A DNA stretch of 64,000 bases. It comes from Phyllosticta citribraziliensis. Lineage: Eukaryota. Made by a program: the position numbers and the translations under genes. Location: positions 806,001-870,000 of the forward strand of contig NW_027117340.1 in the NCBI RefSeq assembly GCF_038025025.1, given 5' to 3'. Below are positions 1 through 14,415 of the stretch, one piece after another. Position 1 is the stretch's first letter; each line of letters starts with the position of its first letter. The notes beneath the pieces were generated by a model. It was not told the origin of the DNA, ran no database searches, and worked only from the letters and a program-made list of their open reading frames with translations.

Positions 1-3000
1 ACCTATAGTCCCACCTTTTATAGTCTTACTAGTACTTTTTTTACTTATTCCTCGTGCTCTACAGGGTTTTTAGAGATAATAAGCATATTATCTATAAAAG
101 CTATAATAAAATCATCTAAATACTTAAAGAGAACCTAGTTAATAAAATATTAAAAGGCTGCCAGTCTATTACTTAATCTAAAAGGTAAGATACGGTATTT
201 AAATAACCTATATCTTATATAGAAAGTGGTTTTATCTTCAGAATCCTTAGTAAGATAGATGTAGTAGAAAGCTTATTAAATATTAAGCTTAGTATAAATC
301 TTGCCCTTTCTAACGCGCTAAAGCAACTCTATAATAAGAGGGAGGGGGTACAAATCCTTAGTAGTTTATTTATTAAGCTATTAGTAGTCTATATAAAATC
401 TCTATCCCCCACCAGGCTTTTTTACTACTAGAATAGGAGAAGCATAGGTGGTAAAGCTTTTAGTAATAAAGCCTTTCTAAATATTCTTAATAATATACTC
501 TTTTACAGCCTTAAGCTGTTCTAGAGACATTCTATAGAGAGGGCTAGGTAGAAGCTCTAGTAGACCATTATATATAAGAGATATTTTATAATCAACTCCT
601 ATATAATATAGTAGTAGCTCATTAGACTCTATTTTAGAAAATATATCTTAAAATTCCTTATAAGCAGCTAGTAGCTTAGAAGCTAATAATTCCTTAGTTT
701 CTTTATCTTTAAGAGCCGCTTAAACTTATATAAGGTTAATAGTATAGATCTCTATTAGCGCAACTTATATTTTATAGATAGAAAGCTTAAAAGTATCTTA
801 AGTTTAAAATTTAATTCCCTTAATAACCTATACTAAGGGAAGAAGGCATTTATTAAAGTTTTTATCTCTATAGTCTATATCTACTTAATATTCTTTCTAT
901 GGTTCATTACTTTATATAGAGACTTTCAGTAGGCGTAAAAGATGCTAAAAGGATTAGTTAACTAGTAGCTATCTCTAGACTAGTTTATATCATTTATAGT
1001 CTAGAAGAATATTATACTGGTCAAAAAACTATTGCCTAAGAATTATATTATTATAGCTAATATCATAAATAAAAGCATAAGTAGAAACCATTTAATCCTA
1101 GAAGCAGAGTTAAAGATAAAAGTAAAAATTAACTTTCTTATTTATATATTAGTTAAACCTAGTAATATTAAGCCCTTCACCTATTATTCTCTTTTTTATA
1201 GTACCTATAGACTAGAGAGTTAGTAGTAGCTTAGGGTAAATAAAACTTATACTACTAGTACTAGTATTAGCTAGGGTACAAATTTCTAAGGTGTGGCTAT
1301 TAGATATAATTAAGGTTTATATAGTAAAGGGTACACCTCTAATAAAGTAACTAAGATTTATATAAGAACCCTTAATATATATTACTCTAAGTTTAGACCT
1401 ATAGTAGGAGACTTTACCTAGGTCTTATTATTTTCTAATAAAGACTGATCTCCTTTATTTATATAGATATCTTTAGTACTTTCTTCTTTAACTAACTCTA
1501 TTACCTTTATCTCTAGTTATGGGTATTGTCTCTATAAATAGCTAAACTGGCTATAGTAATTATATAGTCTAATCTCTATGTAGACTTCTGCTTTACCTTT
1601 ATAGGTTATATTATATAAGGGAGCCCTAGATATAGATCGCACCTAGGTATGACTAGAAGATAAAGTACTTATACTACTTAAGGTAGTTATCTTTACTTAT
1701 TCTTATTATCTCTTCTTTACTTATTCCTCGCGTGACGTGAGCGTTGGTTTTCTATAGTTAGAATAGTAGTTACTGAGACTTTAAGTAATAGGGTAGGCTT
1801 ATTAGAGGTACTTATAAAAGTTAATATCCCTATCTTACTCTATAGTAATTATTTAGGTTTAAAGGAGAGGATCTATTATATTATAAAAGTCCTCTTTTTA
1901 CTATTCCTAGGGAAGATCTGTATCTAAGGCTAATTATATAAAGTTTAATTAAAACTTCTAAAGGTCTATAGGGATATAGTATATAAGAGAGTATAACTAC
2001 TTCTTTATATCCTTATATTTATATAGACTCTAAAGGAGGTTATCTAGGAATTTAAAGATATCCTTATCTAGAGTAACTTTATTAGCCTTTATATAAGAAG
2101 TAAGGAAAGGAGTTAGGTAATATAAGACTTCTCTACTAATATAGGAAATAATATAACCTATAATATTCTATTTAGTCTCCTCTACTATATCTTTAGTAAA
2201 GTAATTATAGTTTTATTTAATTTTATTTTATATAAGGAGGGTCTAGTATTTATATAAGGGGTCTTCTCTATTAGTAAGAAGAGAAGGATTAGGAACCTTA
2301 CTACTTTAGTATTTCTTACTACTTAAAGATAAAGTAGAGGTTTTAGTAGTAGTTTCCCTTATATAGTTAGGAGGAGGTCTAAGAGTCCTTATAACTCTAC
2401 TAGTAGAAGGATCTTAAGAGAGGGTGATGGGTCTTAGGTGCTAAGCTAATAAAGAGGGCCTAATATATCCTTCCCTTAGAACTTCCCTAAGTCTATTAGT
2501 ATAGTTTAAGAGTATTTACTTAAGAGCCCAGTTTTACCTTCGCGTACAGTTTAGTTGCTACTACACTTAAGACTTATTTAAGGATATAATCTTAGATTTA
2601 AATTAATTAATATCTAAGTATAGTACCTTTATAAACGCCTCTATAACTAGAGCTTAAACTATACAAGTTAACCCTAGGTCTTAGGTACATTCTTTCACCT
2701 CTACCACTAGGACTAAGTAGAAATTATATAGGAGAATAGGGGTAGGTCCTCTCTTATTATTATTTAATAAGTATCTAGTATTATATAAATCTTCAGTTCC
2801 TTCACGCGAATCTTATCAGGTTAATTAACTAGTACTAACACCTTTAATAGTACTAGATATATTAGCTTTATTCTTAGCCATACTATCTTTATAGTCTTCT
2901 ACTTAGAATATCCCTTAAGTAGGTTATAGATAGGATACCTCCTAAATATTTATATACTACCCTACAGCCTTAACTAAAGACTTCTATAGTTAATATATAC

Positions 3001-3612
3001 TTAATACTCCTTAGTCCTTAGATAATACTAATGCGCCTAATAAAGATAACTTAGGTTTACTAAGGAAAAGTAATAAGTAGTCTTATATAAGACTATAGCT
3101 ATGTATAATATTACTTAGGTTAAATATTATAATACCTTTATAGGTAAAGAAGTAGGATAGAGCTAAAACTTAGAATAATCTTTTATATCTATTATAACTT
3201 ATAGATTTCTTATTATATAGGTAAGGGCTAAAGATAAACTACTAGAGAATATATATATATCTTAATTAAATCTAATAAGTTAAAAGAATAAAATATAAAA
3301 GATACTTACTATCTATATATTTCCTAGTCCTTCCTTTATACTATTCTACCTCTTGTCCTTTATATAAGGGTCCTTAGTTATTATTAGGTAAGTTATAAAG
3401 GTGAGGTATTAATAGGCTATTATATAGTATCTACCTAGGGCTGTAGTAGCTGGTGCTAGGCTGTAGTAGCTAGTACTAGCCTGTGGGTTTTAGCCTGAGC
3501 TGTAGTAGGCTACTACCTAAGGTGAGGCTTATACTTCCTATAACCGCGCGACGCTGGGTTCGTCTATACTGGCCCTAGTGCTCGTGTAGGCGCGTGTACG
3601 CCTATTATAATA
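1..3612 (-). mobile_element. Ty3/Gypsy family A copy A1 (5' part: LTR, gag, protease, RT; the rest lies left of the window)
   Basis: Colinear with ~10780-14415 and ~51000-54610. Ends in a family-A LTR. The next 5 bp (GATAA, 3613-3617) is the predicted TSD. Confidence 0.92.
3190..3612 (-). repeat. 5' LTR of copy A1 (423 bp)
   Basis: tattataac...ttataata is RIPed TGTCATGAC...GTGACA. Matches the other family-A LTRs. Confidence 0.92.
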
Positions 3613-5560
3613 GATAATAGGTTAGCTAAGTATATAGTTAGAGTAGCTTAACTAATTAGGTAGGTATTATTTAAAGGATAATTATCTAACTACCTTAATA
3701 ACTAGCCTAGGGTTACTAGGTTAGTTACTAAAGGTCTTATAAATAATAACCTTTAAGGTATTACTAAGGTACTTCCCCTTCCTACTCTAGAAATACCTAC
3801 TATTCCTAGGGCCTTATTTATTTATTATAGGCCTAATCTAGGGGTTATTAGGTAGTCTAGAAATACTTATATAGAGGAACTAAAGCTCTTAGTTTCTAGT
3901 ATAGTAGTACTTACTAGGTTATCTACAATAGCTAGGGACTATTATTTATATAGGCTAAGCTAGTTATATAAAGATCCTTATCCTAATTAGGGTACTTATA
4001 AATCTAGTAATCCTAGGACTTATATAGATATAGGAGTCTAACTTAGCTAGCTCTTTATAGCTTAGCTAAATAGTAAATATACTAAACCTTAACTAAAATA
4101 GGAGCTATACCTAGCTATTAAAGGGGCTACTAGGGATTAAAGGTATAGGCTAGTTCTTAGTATTATTAGAGTATTTATACCTAGGGTGACTAGGGTACTT
4201 ATACTAACTTATATATAGGATACTAGTAATAGCTTATATAGCCTATTATATACCTTACTTACCTACTTAATAGTATAAATAACTATACCTTTCTTATAAT
4301 TACTACTATTATCCTATTAAAATAGATAATCTAGGTAATGCTATCTAGTAATATTCTATTATATTAATAGGCCCTAAGTAGTTAGGGGGTTAAAGAGCTT
4401 AGTAATCTATTCTACTTATTATAGGATCTCTAGAGTAAGTAGCTTATCCTTATAGGCTTAGTTCTTTCTATAGTCTATAAAGGCTTTAAGCTCCTAGGCT
4501 AGTAGTATATCCTAATTACTAATTATATTATCCTTATAAGGATAGTTAGGTATAGTAGGATTTATAGTAGTAAGGAGGAATCCTAGTAGTTATAGGGGTA
4601 GTTTATAGTTAATACCCTAGGTAAAAGATTAGAAGGGTATTTTATAGTTTAGGGTAATATATTATCCTAATCCTATAGTAGGCTGCTAGTCTTTTAGTTA
4701 GTAAGGGGAAGGTCTTAGTAAGGGGCCTTATATATCTATATTACTATTATAAACTAGGGCCTTTAGGTAAGGTAGTAGAAGTAACTTTATAGTACTAGTA
4801 TACTATAATATTCTAGGTAGGTACTCTTATATATATACCTTATACTATAGTATTAATTAGTAGGGTTATAGTACTTTTAGCTACTACTTTATAACTCATC
4901 CTATAGATAGGTATATAAGCTAAATATATATTAATTAGACTAACTACCCTAGCTAGGGCTAGGGGCTAACTATATAGGCTAGGGCCCCTACCTATACTAG
5001 GGCTACTACCCTAAATGCGCTAGGTACTAAGTAAAGATGTATAGATACATAATAAAGGTCCTCTATACTAATTATAACCTACTCCTTAGAAGCTATAGTA
5101 TTAATAGGTATAGCTATCTATACTACTTATAGTACTATATCTTATTTTAGTAACCTATCTAGTTAGTATTATATAGTAACTAGGTTTAAAAAATTATATA
5201 TATATATATAGTAGTTTTAATCTAAACCTACCTAATAGAGTAAAAGAATAGTTATTAGCTTAAGTCTTTAGCTAGGATAGAAACCTAGGCTCTTACTTAA
5301 GGAGATAATAAGGTAACCTTATAATAATATTATAAAGTAGTAAATTAGTACCTAATAAGGCAAGTTAATTAGCTAATAATTAATAATTATAAGGTAGAGT
5401 AGTAGGGAGGATATAGAGCTATAGCTAACTTAGCCTATAGCTTACTTAGGCGCGCGCGCTACTATATAACTAAGGTTTAGCTAACCCTATACCTTAGTAT
5501 CCTTATAGACCTTATACCTACTCTACTACCTATCTACTCTATCTATATTAATTTATCTTA
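3613..5560 (+). mobile_element. Remnant E: 3' end of an unidentified RIPed LTR element, probably inserted into A' and interrupted by A1
   Basis: No recognisable similarity to the other families here. Purine tract agtagggagga (5401-5411) is followed by tatagagc...tctta, a TG...CA-like segment. Abrupt junction with A' pol sequence at 5561. Confidence 0.45.
5412..5560 (+). repeat. Putative 3' LTR of remnant E (~149 bp)
   Basis: Preceded by a PPT-like tract. RIP-compatible TG/CA termini. No partner LTR in the window. Confidence 0.4.
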
Positions 5561-6177
5561 ATTTCTAAGATATCTTCTTTAAGATAGAGTTAAATAAGCT
5601 TCCTCTATATTATATAGGAGTTAATTATAAAATATCTCTTATATATAAGGGTCTACTAGAACTTCCTCCTAGTCCTCTCTATAGAATATCTCTAGAATAG
5701 CTATAAGCTATTAAAGAATATATTATAGAGAATATCTAGAAGGGCTTTATTACTAAAAGCTTTACTACCTTTACTTCTCCTATTCTAGTAGTAAAAAAGC
5801 CTAGTAGAGGATAGAGGTTTTATATAGATTACTAATAGCTTAATAAATAAACTACTAAAGATTTATACCCTCTCCCTCTTATTTTAGAGTTACTTTAGCA
5901 TATTAGAAAGGGTAAGATTTATATAAAGCTAGATATTTAATAAGCTTTTTATTATATCTACCTTATACTAGATTCTAAAGATAAGACTACTTTCTATATA
6001 AGGTATAGCTTATTTAAATACTATATCCTTCCTTTTAGATTAAGTAATAGACTAATAGCCTTTTAATAATTTATTAACTAAGTCCTCTTTAAGTACTTAG
6101 ATAATTTTATAGTAGCTTTTATAGATAATAAACTTATTATCTCTAAAGACCCTATAGAATATAAAGAATAAGTAAGA
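5561..6177 (+). pseudogene. Family A' host element, segment 1 (reverse transcriptase N-terminal part)
   Basis: Homologous to but diverged from the family-A RT (~54670-55285). Continues at 14416 after the TAAGA TSD. Confidence 0.88.
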
Positions 6178-6624
6178 TGTCATGACTTGTAGATTTCTTA
6201 TTATATAGGTAAGGGCTAAAGGTGAACTACTAGAGAATATATATATATCTTAATTAAATCTAATAAGTTAAAAGAATAAAATATAAAAGATACTTACTAC
6301 CTATATATTTCCTAGTCCTTCCTTTATACTATTCTACCTCTTATTCTTTATATAAGGGTCCTTAGTCATCATTAGGTGAGTTATAAAGGTGAGGTGTTAA
6401 TGGGCTATTATATAGTATCTGCCTAGGGCTATAGTAGCTGGTGCCAGGCTGTAGTGGCTGGTGCTAGGCTGTAGTAGCTGGTACTAGCCTGTAGGTTTTA
6501 GCCTAAGCTGCGGTAGGTAGGCTGCTACCTAAGGTGAGGCTTATACTTCCTATAACTATATAATACTAGGTTTGTCTATACTGGCCCTAGTGCTTATATA
6601 GGTATGTATACGCCTATTATGATA
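6178..6624 (-). repeat. 3' LTR of A2 (447 bp, three 20-bp internal repeats at 6427-6486)
   Basis: Begins TGTCATGAC. Direct repeat of 13969-14415. Confidence 0.95.
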
Positions 6625-6636
6625 TGCCCCCCCTAA
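6625..6636 (-). promoter_or_regulatory. Polypurine tract of A2
   Basis: tgccccccctaa reads TTAGGGGGGGCA on the minus strand, immediately before the 3' LTR. Confidence 0.9.
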
Positions 6637-7399
6637 AGAGAAGCTAAAATTATGGGAATTAGTAGCTATAGGCGCTTATATAGGTATAGACTTATGATGT
6701 ATAGTAGTGGTGATTTAGTAATTTAAGTATTCTATATAGTTATAAAGTATAATTATTAGTCTAGGTCTACTACTATACTATCTCTTTCTATTACTATCTC
6801 TTTTACTGCGTAACCTGTAGAAGGTTGCCATCTTACTTAGCTATAATCTGGTAAACTGACTATTACGCGTAAAGGTTTAGATAATTTAAATAATTTATAC
6901 CCTACTAATAGTAAAGTAGATATTCCTAGTTACTATATACTTAATGTATCTGCTGCTTGTTATAGTCTAGTCTATTAGGACTTATTACTGTTATATAAGA
7001 GTTATAGTATTAAGTTATTATTATATAGTGTTGTTTATAATCTATTATAGTTGCTACTTACTTAGAGAGCTGTTTTAGCTAGCAGTATCTATAAGGACTA
7101 TTATATAGAGTCCTAAGATAAGTAAACCTTAATTCTATCTCTAACTATTACTAATTATTATCTAGGCTATTAAGTAGTATTATATATCTAGGTTTTACTA
7201 CTTTATCATCCCATCTTGCTAACTAATATAATTATAGAGGAGGATACTTGTGTAAAGACTTAGTTAGGCTAGGCTTTACTTATTTAGCTAGGAATAGCTG
7301 TAGGTTTATTACTTTATCTATAGTATACTATAGTATTAGGTTCTGCTTAATTAGTATTATTAGTTATTATATAAGGTTTGTTATCTATAGCTATATAGT

Positions 7400-8230
7400 C
7401 TGCTGCTAACTAGCCTATTATGCCGCGTTGCTATTAGTTCACTGTTACACAGCCTGTTTTAGAGGAAGAAGGTGAAGAGCCTACTTATATACTCTATTAT
7501 TATAATCCTATAGCTTGTTAGGTTCTAGCAGCTAAGTACTTGCTACCTGCTGCTTTATATAATAGTAGTAATAGTGAGATTCGCGTTTATTACTAGTTGG
7601 CTCTAATAAGGCGCCTATTAAGTAGGACTTTAAGTTAATGCTTTACATCCCTTATAAGAATATAGAGAGTGTCGTATAAGTAAGTTTATCTTACTAATAT
7701 AAGGGATTCTTATCTAACTAACTATATAGGTGTACCTTAGTAGTTCTGAAGTATAAGAGCGCACTAAGTACATCTTGGCCTTAGGTAATAGTATACCTTA
7801 CTTATATATTATAGTTTCTACTTAGTAATTTAACTACTTATTAGTTAAAACTTAAGCCAGCTTGTATAATGCTTTTCTTATCTAGTATACTAGAATTAAT
7901 AACCCTATTAGGTATACTAAGTATTATAATAATACTAATACTTATATGTTTATTAGTTGTTGCCACCTACCTGGTTTCTTATAGGGCTGCTGCGCTAACT
8001 ACCTTTAGGGTATAGGTAACTTAGACTGTACTATTAGTAACTTAAAGGGTACTAAGCTGCCTGCTTATTATAAGAGGCGTGAAGATAAAATTTATATAGA
8101 GGAGTTCTAGAACTTATACTACTAAGCTAGGGTAGAGGATTAAACTGATTAGGCTTTAGCTAAGTAGGATATCCTACCTAATAAGCTAGAGGATCTAGAG
8201 GAGACTATCTTATATAATAATAGTTATAAT
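7400..8230 (+). pseudogene. Antisense accessory ORF relic of A2 with DUF3716-like Cys motif (7868-8035)
   Basis: De-RIP reading DAFLIQxTGxxxPxxCxxCx8FxxCRHLPGFLQGRCANCLWGxxxxDCT. ORF boundaries approximate. Confidence 0.6.
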
Positions 8231-8369
8231 AAGAAGAAGGGAAAAGGAAGGAAGTAAAGGGTAGAAAGTAAAGAAGAGGGAAGTAGGGGATAAGTAGTAA
8301 AAAGGAGAGACTAGAGAGTAGAAGTTAAGGTTAATAGTATTTATATAAGGGTAGATAGTAAACTAATTA

Positions 8370-11300
8370 GTCTACTTTCTATATCTTTATAATATTTACT
8401 ATAGGCCTAAGTAACTTATTTTATTATTACTTTCTATTTTAATCTATAGTTCTTCTTAGAGAAAGGTAGTCTTCTATTTTTCTAGATTTTTTAGTAGTCC
8501 TGCTATAGTAGGGTATAATAAGTGGAATTCTTTAATTTTCTATAGTATACTACTAAAAGAACTTATATTATACTACTAGTTATCTTAGTCATATCTAGTC
8601 TATTTAACTTAATATTAAAGCTTCCTATATAAGACTTAACTAGCTTAAATATAGTCTACTTCCTACTTAGGCTTATCTTAAATAATCTTAGGTTCTAGTT
8701 TAGTATATTCCTAACTAGGAAGCTATTCTAGTTTGGCCTTATATAGCCTATTAGTATAGAAAAGGTTAACTATCTTTATATATAAGGGAAGATTAAGGAT
8801 ATAGGAGGATCCTTCTATTCCTATAATCTTAAAAGGTCTAGTATTAGGGAAGTCTAATTTAAGGTTTAGCTAATTAGTAGACCATCCTGTTTTCTTAATA
8901 TAGATATAATCTCTAACTATAAAGTCTGGTGTGTAATGGTATTTATTAGCTTATTAGTATATATACTCTTAGGATTTAAGAATAAGTTTCTTTATAAATT
9001 TAAAAGCTTCTTATCTTCTTTTTTATAGTATTTATACTACTATATAAGCTATCTTTTCTAGTTACTAGGGGGTCTTGGTTTATTATTATTAGTTATAGTA
9101 TATTTAAGGGGAATATCCTAACTTAATCTTAAAGGGTAAAAGTCTAGTAGCTTTATAGGGAAGTATTACTTGTGTGAGGTCTATTAATAGTAGAAGATTA
9201 GATTAATTATTCTAAAAGTAATTAATAAAAGGTCTTAATCTTTATATAAGATGCTGATTAATAATCTCTATAATACTATTAGTCTAAGAGTGGTAGGATG
9301 AGTTGAAATGCTACTCTATACTAGTTAGCTTATATAGTTTATTTATAAACGCTAAGATGAACTAAGGGCCTTAGTTAGATAGGATAAACTTAGGGTTTCT
9401 ATAAATATAGTAGATATATTTATAAAAGAGCCTAGAGACTCCTTTAGTATTAATCTTCTTTATATAAGGTAAGCTAAAGGTTCTTTAACTTAACTAGTCT
9501 ATAATAACTAGGATTATATTATAGCCTTTTTAGTCTTTAGGTATCTCTTTAAAATCTATAGCTAGGTGTTGCTAGGGTTAAGTAGGAATCTCTAGGGGTT
9601 ATAGAAGGCCTAGGTCTTTATTATAAAACTCTTTTATTTAGTAGTAAATATGGCATCCTTGCCTATAAATATTAATTGTATAATTTATAGCTAGCTAGTA
9701 GTAATGTTACTTAAGGAGTTTTCGCATCTTTATAATACTAGGATAGGTAGTTATATAGGTAGTATATAAAGTATTAAGCGTTCTTATATAGAGGTTATTA
9801 TGATCTAGTATGAAGAGGGTGCTATCTTATAGTAAAAGACCATCCTTTAGTTCCTAACTATTTCTTTATTTAAGGTCTTTTAAGAGGGCTTTTTATCTCT
9901 AGAATTCTAATTTAGAATCTTCTTAGTTTATATAGAGAAGTTTATCTAAAAATAATACTAGAGGAGGAAGTTCTTATTCTAAAATAGAAAGAGGGATAAT
10001 AGTCTCTAGTGGGATAAGGTATATCTCTTATATAGCCTTTACTTTTTCTTTCTGAGTCTTTAGATCTTCTTGTTTTTAAGTAAGGTAATTAGTAATGATA
10101 TTTTCCTTTCCTAGTTAATAGGAGAATTATATGTGGAATTCTATAAAAAACTTAGACTATTTAGCTTGTTATTAATTAAGTTGTTATTTAGTAGAGTAGT
10201 ACTCTAATGCCTAATAGTCTATAATTATGAGAAAAGGTTTTTTAAGGCTAATAAGTATTAGTCTCTATTCTTCTAGTCTATTCTTAATAGCTAGTAGTTC
10301 TTTATCTAAAATTCTATAATAAAGTTCTGTATTAGCTATTACCTTAGAGTAGAAGGCTACTAGTTTCTAATTATATAAAGGTTGTTAGAGCTGTATTAAA
10401 ATACCTATAGTAACTCTATTACTTATATTAGTCTCTATATAAGTGTTAAGAGTAGGGTTATAGTTAGCTAGGAGTGTATTACTATATATTAGCTTCTTAA
10501 GTTACTAAATTGCCTCTTCTTCTAGGGGTCCTAGTTATTACTATTTTACCTTAGAGTATAGTTTCTCTAATAGTTAGCTAATTTATCTGTAGTTAGGGAG
10601 AAATTGTTAGTAGAAATTATAGAAACCTAGGAAGGATTAAAGAGCTTTAAGGGTTTTTAGTATTAGCTAGTTTTATATAGGTTCTACTTTATCTGGGTCT
10701 ATCTAAATGCCTTCTATGGAAATGATGTATCTAAGGAACTTTATATGAGTAACTAAAAACTTGCTCTTCTTTAAATCTACCTATAGTCCTGCTTTTTATA
10801 GTCTTACTAGTACTTTTTTTACTTGTTCCTTATGCTCTATAGGATCTTTAGAGATAATGAGTATGTTATCTATAAAAGCTATAATAAAATTGTCTAAATA
10901 CTTAAAGAGAACCTGGTTAATAAAATATTAAAAGGCTGCTGGTCTGTTACTTAATCTAAAAGGTAAGATATGGTATTTAAATAACCTATATCTTATATAG
11001 AAAGTGGTTTTATCTTTAGAATCCTTAGTAAGATAAATGTGGTGGAAAGCTTATTAAATATTAAGCTTAGTATAAATCTTGCCCCTTCCTAACGTGCTAA
11101 AGTAACTCTATAATAAGAGGAAGGGGGTGAGAATCCTTAGTAGTTTATTTATTAAGCTATTAGTAGTCTATATAGAATCTCTATCCCCCACTAGGCTTTT
11201 TTACTACTAGAATAGGAGAAGTATAGGTAGTAAAGCTTTTAGTAATAAAGCCTTTCTAAATATTCTTAATAATATACTCTTTTACAGCCTTAAGCTGCTC

Positions 11301-13880
11301 TAGAGATATTCTATAGAGAGGACTTAGTAGAAGCTCTAGTAGACTATTATATATAAGAGTTATTTTATAATTAACTCCTATGTGATATAGTGGTAGCTTA
11401 TTAGACTCTGTTTTAGAAAATATATCTTGAAATTCCTTATAAGTAGCTAGTAGCTTAGAAGCTAGTAATTCCTTAGTTTCTTTATCTTTAAGAGCTGCTT
11501 AAACTTATGTGAGGTTAATAGTGTAGATCTCTATTAGTATAAGTTATAATTTATAGATAGAAATCTTAAAAGTATCTTAATTTTAAAATTTAATTCCCTT
11601 AATAACCTGTACTAAGGGAAGAAGGCGTTTATTAAATTTTTTATCTTTATAGTCTATATCTGCTTAATGTTCTTTCTGTGGTTCTTTACTTTGTATAGAG
11701 ACTTTTAGTAGGTGTAAAAGATACTAAAAGGATTGGTTAACTAGTAGCTATCTCTAGACTAGTTTATGTTATTTATAGTCTAGAAGAATATTATGCTGGT
11801 TAAAAAACTATTGCCTAAGAATTATATTATTATAGCTAATATTATAAATAAAAGTATAAGTAGAAACTATTTAATCTTAGAAATAGAGTTAAAGATAAAA
11901 GTAAAAATTAACTTTCTTATTTATATATTAGTTAAACCTAGTAATATTAAGCCCTTTACCTATTATTCTCTTTTTTACAGTACCTATAGACTAGAGAGTT
12001 AGTAGTAGCTTAGGGTAAATAAAACTTATACTACTAGTACTAGTATTAGCTAGGGCATAAATTTCTAAGGTATAGCTATTAGATATAATTAAGGTTTATA
12101 TAGTAAAGGGTATACCTCTAATAAAGTGACTAAGATTTATATAAGAACCTTTAATGTGTATTACTCTAAATTTAGACCTAAGGTAGGAGACTTTACCTAG
12201 GCCTTATTATTTTCTAATAAAGACTGATCTCCTTTATTTATATAGACTTCTTCTATACTTTCTTCTTCTACTAACTCTATTACCTTTATCTCTAGTTATG
12301 GGTATTGCCTCTATAAATGGCTAAACTAGCTATAGTAATTATATAGTCTAATCTCTATATAGACTTCTACTTTACCTTTATAGGTTATATTATATAAGGG
12401 AGCTCTAGATATAGATCGCGCCTATATATAACTAGAAGATAAAGTACTTATACTACTTAAGGTAGTTATCTTTACTCTTTCTTATTATCTCTTCTTTACT
12501 CATTCCTTATATGACGTGAGTATTAGTTTTCTATAGTTAGAATAGTAGTTACTAAGACTTTAAGTAATAGGGTAGGCTTATTAGAGGTACTTATAAAAGT
12601 TAATATCCTTATCTTACTCTATAGTAACTATATAGGTTTAAAGGAGAGGATCTATTATATTATAAAAGTCCTTTTTCTACTATTCCTAGGGAAGATCTAT
12701 ATCTAAGGCTAATTATATAAAGTTTAATTAAAACTTCTAAAGGTCTATAGGAATATAGTATATAAGAGAGTATAACTACTTCTTTATATCCTTATATTTA
12801 TATAGACTCTAGAGGAGGTTATCTAGGAATTTAAAGATGTCCTTATTTAGAGTAACTTTATTAGCCTTTATATAAGAAGTAAGGAAAGGAGTTAGGTAAT
12901 ATAAGACTTCTCTACTAATATAGGAAATAATATAACCTGTAATATTTTATTTAATCTCCTCTACTATATCTTTAGTAAAGTAATCGTGGTTTTATTTAAT
13001 TTTATTTTATATAAGGAGGGTCTAGTATTTATATAAGGGGTCTTCTCTATTAGTAAGAAGAGGAGGATTAGGAACCTTACCACTTTAGTATTTCTTATTA
13101 CTTAAAGATAAAGTGGAGGTTTTAGAGGTAGTTTCCCTTATATAGGTTAGAGGAGGTCTAAGATTCCTTATTACTCTACTAGTAGAAGGATCTTAAGAGA
13201 GGGTAATAGGTCTTAGGTACTAAGCTAATAGAGAGGGCCTAATATATCCTTCCCTTAAGGCTTCCCTTAGTCTATTAGTATAGTTTAAGAGTATTTACTT
13301 AAGAGCCTAGTTCTACCTTCGCGTGCAGTTTAGTTGCTGCTATACTTAAGACTTATTTAAGGATGTAATCTTAGATTTAAATTAATTAATATCTAAGCAT
13401 GGTACCTTTATAAATACCTCTATAACTAGAGCTTAAATAGTATAAGTTGACCCTAGGTCTTAGGTATATTCTTTCACCTCTACTACTAGGACTAAGTAGA
13501 AATTATATAGGAGAATAGGGGTAGGTCCTCTCTTATTATTATTTAATAAGTATCTAGTATTATATAAATCTTTAGTACCTTCGCGCGAATCTTATTAAGT
13601 TAATTAACTAGTACTAATACCTTTAGTAGTGCTAGATATATTAGCTTTATTCTTAGCTATACTATCTTTATAGTCTTCTACTTAGAATGTCCCTTAAGTA
13701 GGTTATAAATGGGACACCTCCTAGATATTTACATGCTGCCCTATAGCCTTAACTAAAGACTTCTATAGTTAACACGTACTTAATACTCCTTAGTCCTTAG
13801 ATAATACCAATACGCCTAATAAAGATAACTTAGGTTTACTAGGGAAAAGTAACAAGTAGTCTTATATAAGACTATAGCTG
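8370..13880 (-). pseudogene. RIP-inactivated gag-pol of A2 (CCHC knuckle, protease, RT, RNase H, integrase, chromodomain)
   Basis: De-RIP motifs: CNYCxxFGHxxxxC (~12300-12350), ALADTGA (~12035-12057), FxDD (~10866-10878), PEWEVDYI chromodomain start (~8650-8672). Confidence 0.88.
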
Positions 13881-13968
13881 TACATAACATTACTTAGGTT
13901 AAATATTATAATACCTTTATAGGTGAAGAAGTAGGATAGAGCTAAAACTTAAAATAATCTTTTATATC

Positions 13969-14415
13969 TATTATAACTTATAGATTTCTTATTACACAGG
14001 TAAGGGCTAAAGGCAAACTACTAGAGAATATATATATATCTTAATTAAATCTAATAAGTTAAAAGAATAAAATATAAAAGATACTTACTACTTATATATT
14101 TCCTAGTCCTTCCTTTATACTATTCTACCTCTTATCCTTTATATAAGGGTCCTTAGTCATTATTAGGTAAGTTGTAAAGGTGAGGTATTAATGGGCTATT
14201 ATGTAGTATCTACCTAGGGCTGCAGTGGCTGGTGCCAGGCTATAGTAGCTAGTACTAGGCTATAGTGGCTGGTACTAGCCTGCAGGTTTTAGCCTAAGCT
14301 GCAGTAGATAGGCTGCTGCCTGAGGCAAGGCTCGTACTTCCTATAACCGCGCGATGCTAGGTTCGTCTATACTGGCCCTGGTGCTCGCATAGGCGCGTGT
14401 ACGCCTATTGTGACA
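13969..14415 (-). repeat. 5' LTR of A2 (447 bp)
   Basis: Ends TGTGACA, followed by TSD TAAGA. Confidence 0.95.

Larger units (their letters stand above)
6178..14415 (-). mobile_element. Full-length Ty3/Gypsy (chromovirus) family A copy A2, 8238 bp, TSD TAAGA
   Basis: Paired 447-bp LTRs. TAAGA at 6173-6177 and 14416-14420. PPT adjacent to the left LTR. gag-PR-RT-RH-IN-chromodomain order on the minus strand. Confidence 0.95.

Noticed and set aside
1032..1223. 63-70 aa ORFs repeated at 1032, 11793, 52012 and 59735 as a small gene family
   Set aside because: They are the same stretch antisense to the family-A protease region, and recur only because the element is repeated. The I/K/N/L/Y-rich composition reflects RIP.
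6427..6486. 20-bp repeats as a CRISPR-like array
   Set aside because: They are head-to-tail units without spacers, inside a retrotransposon LTR.
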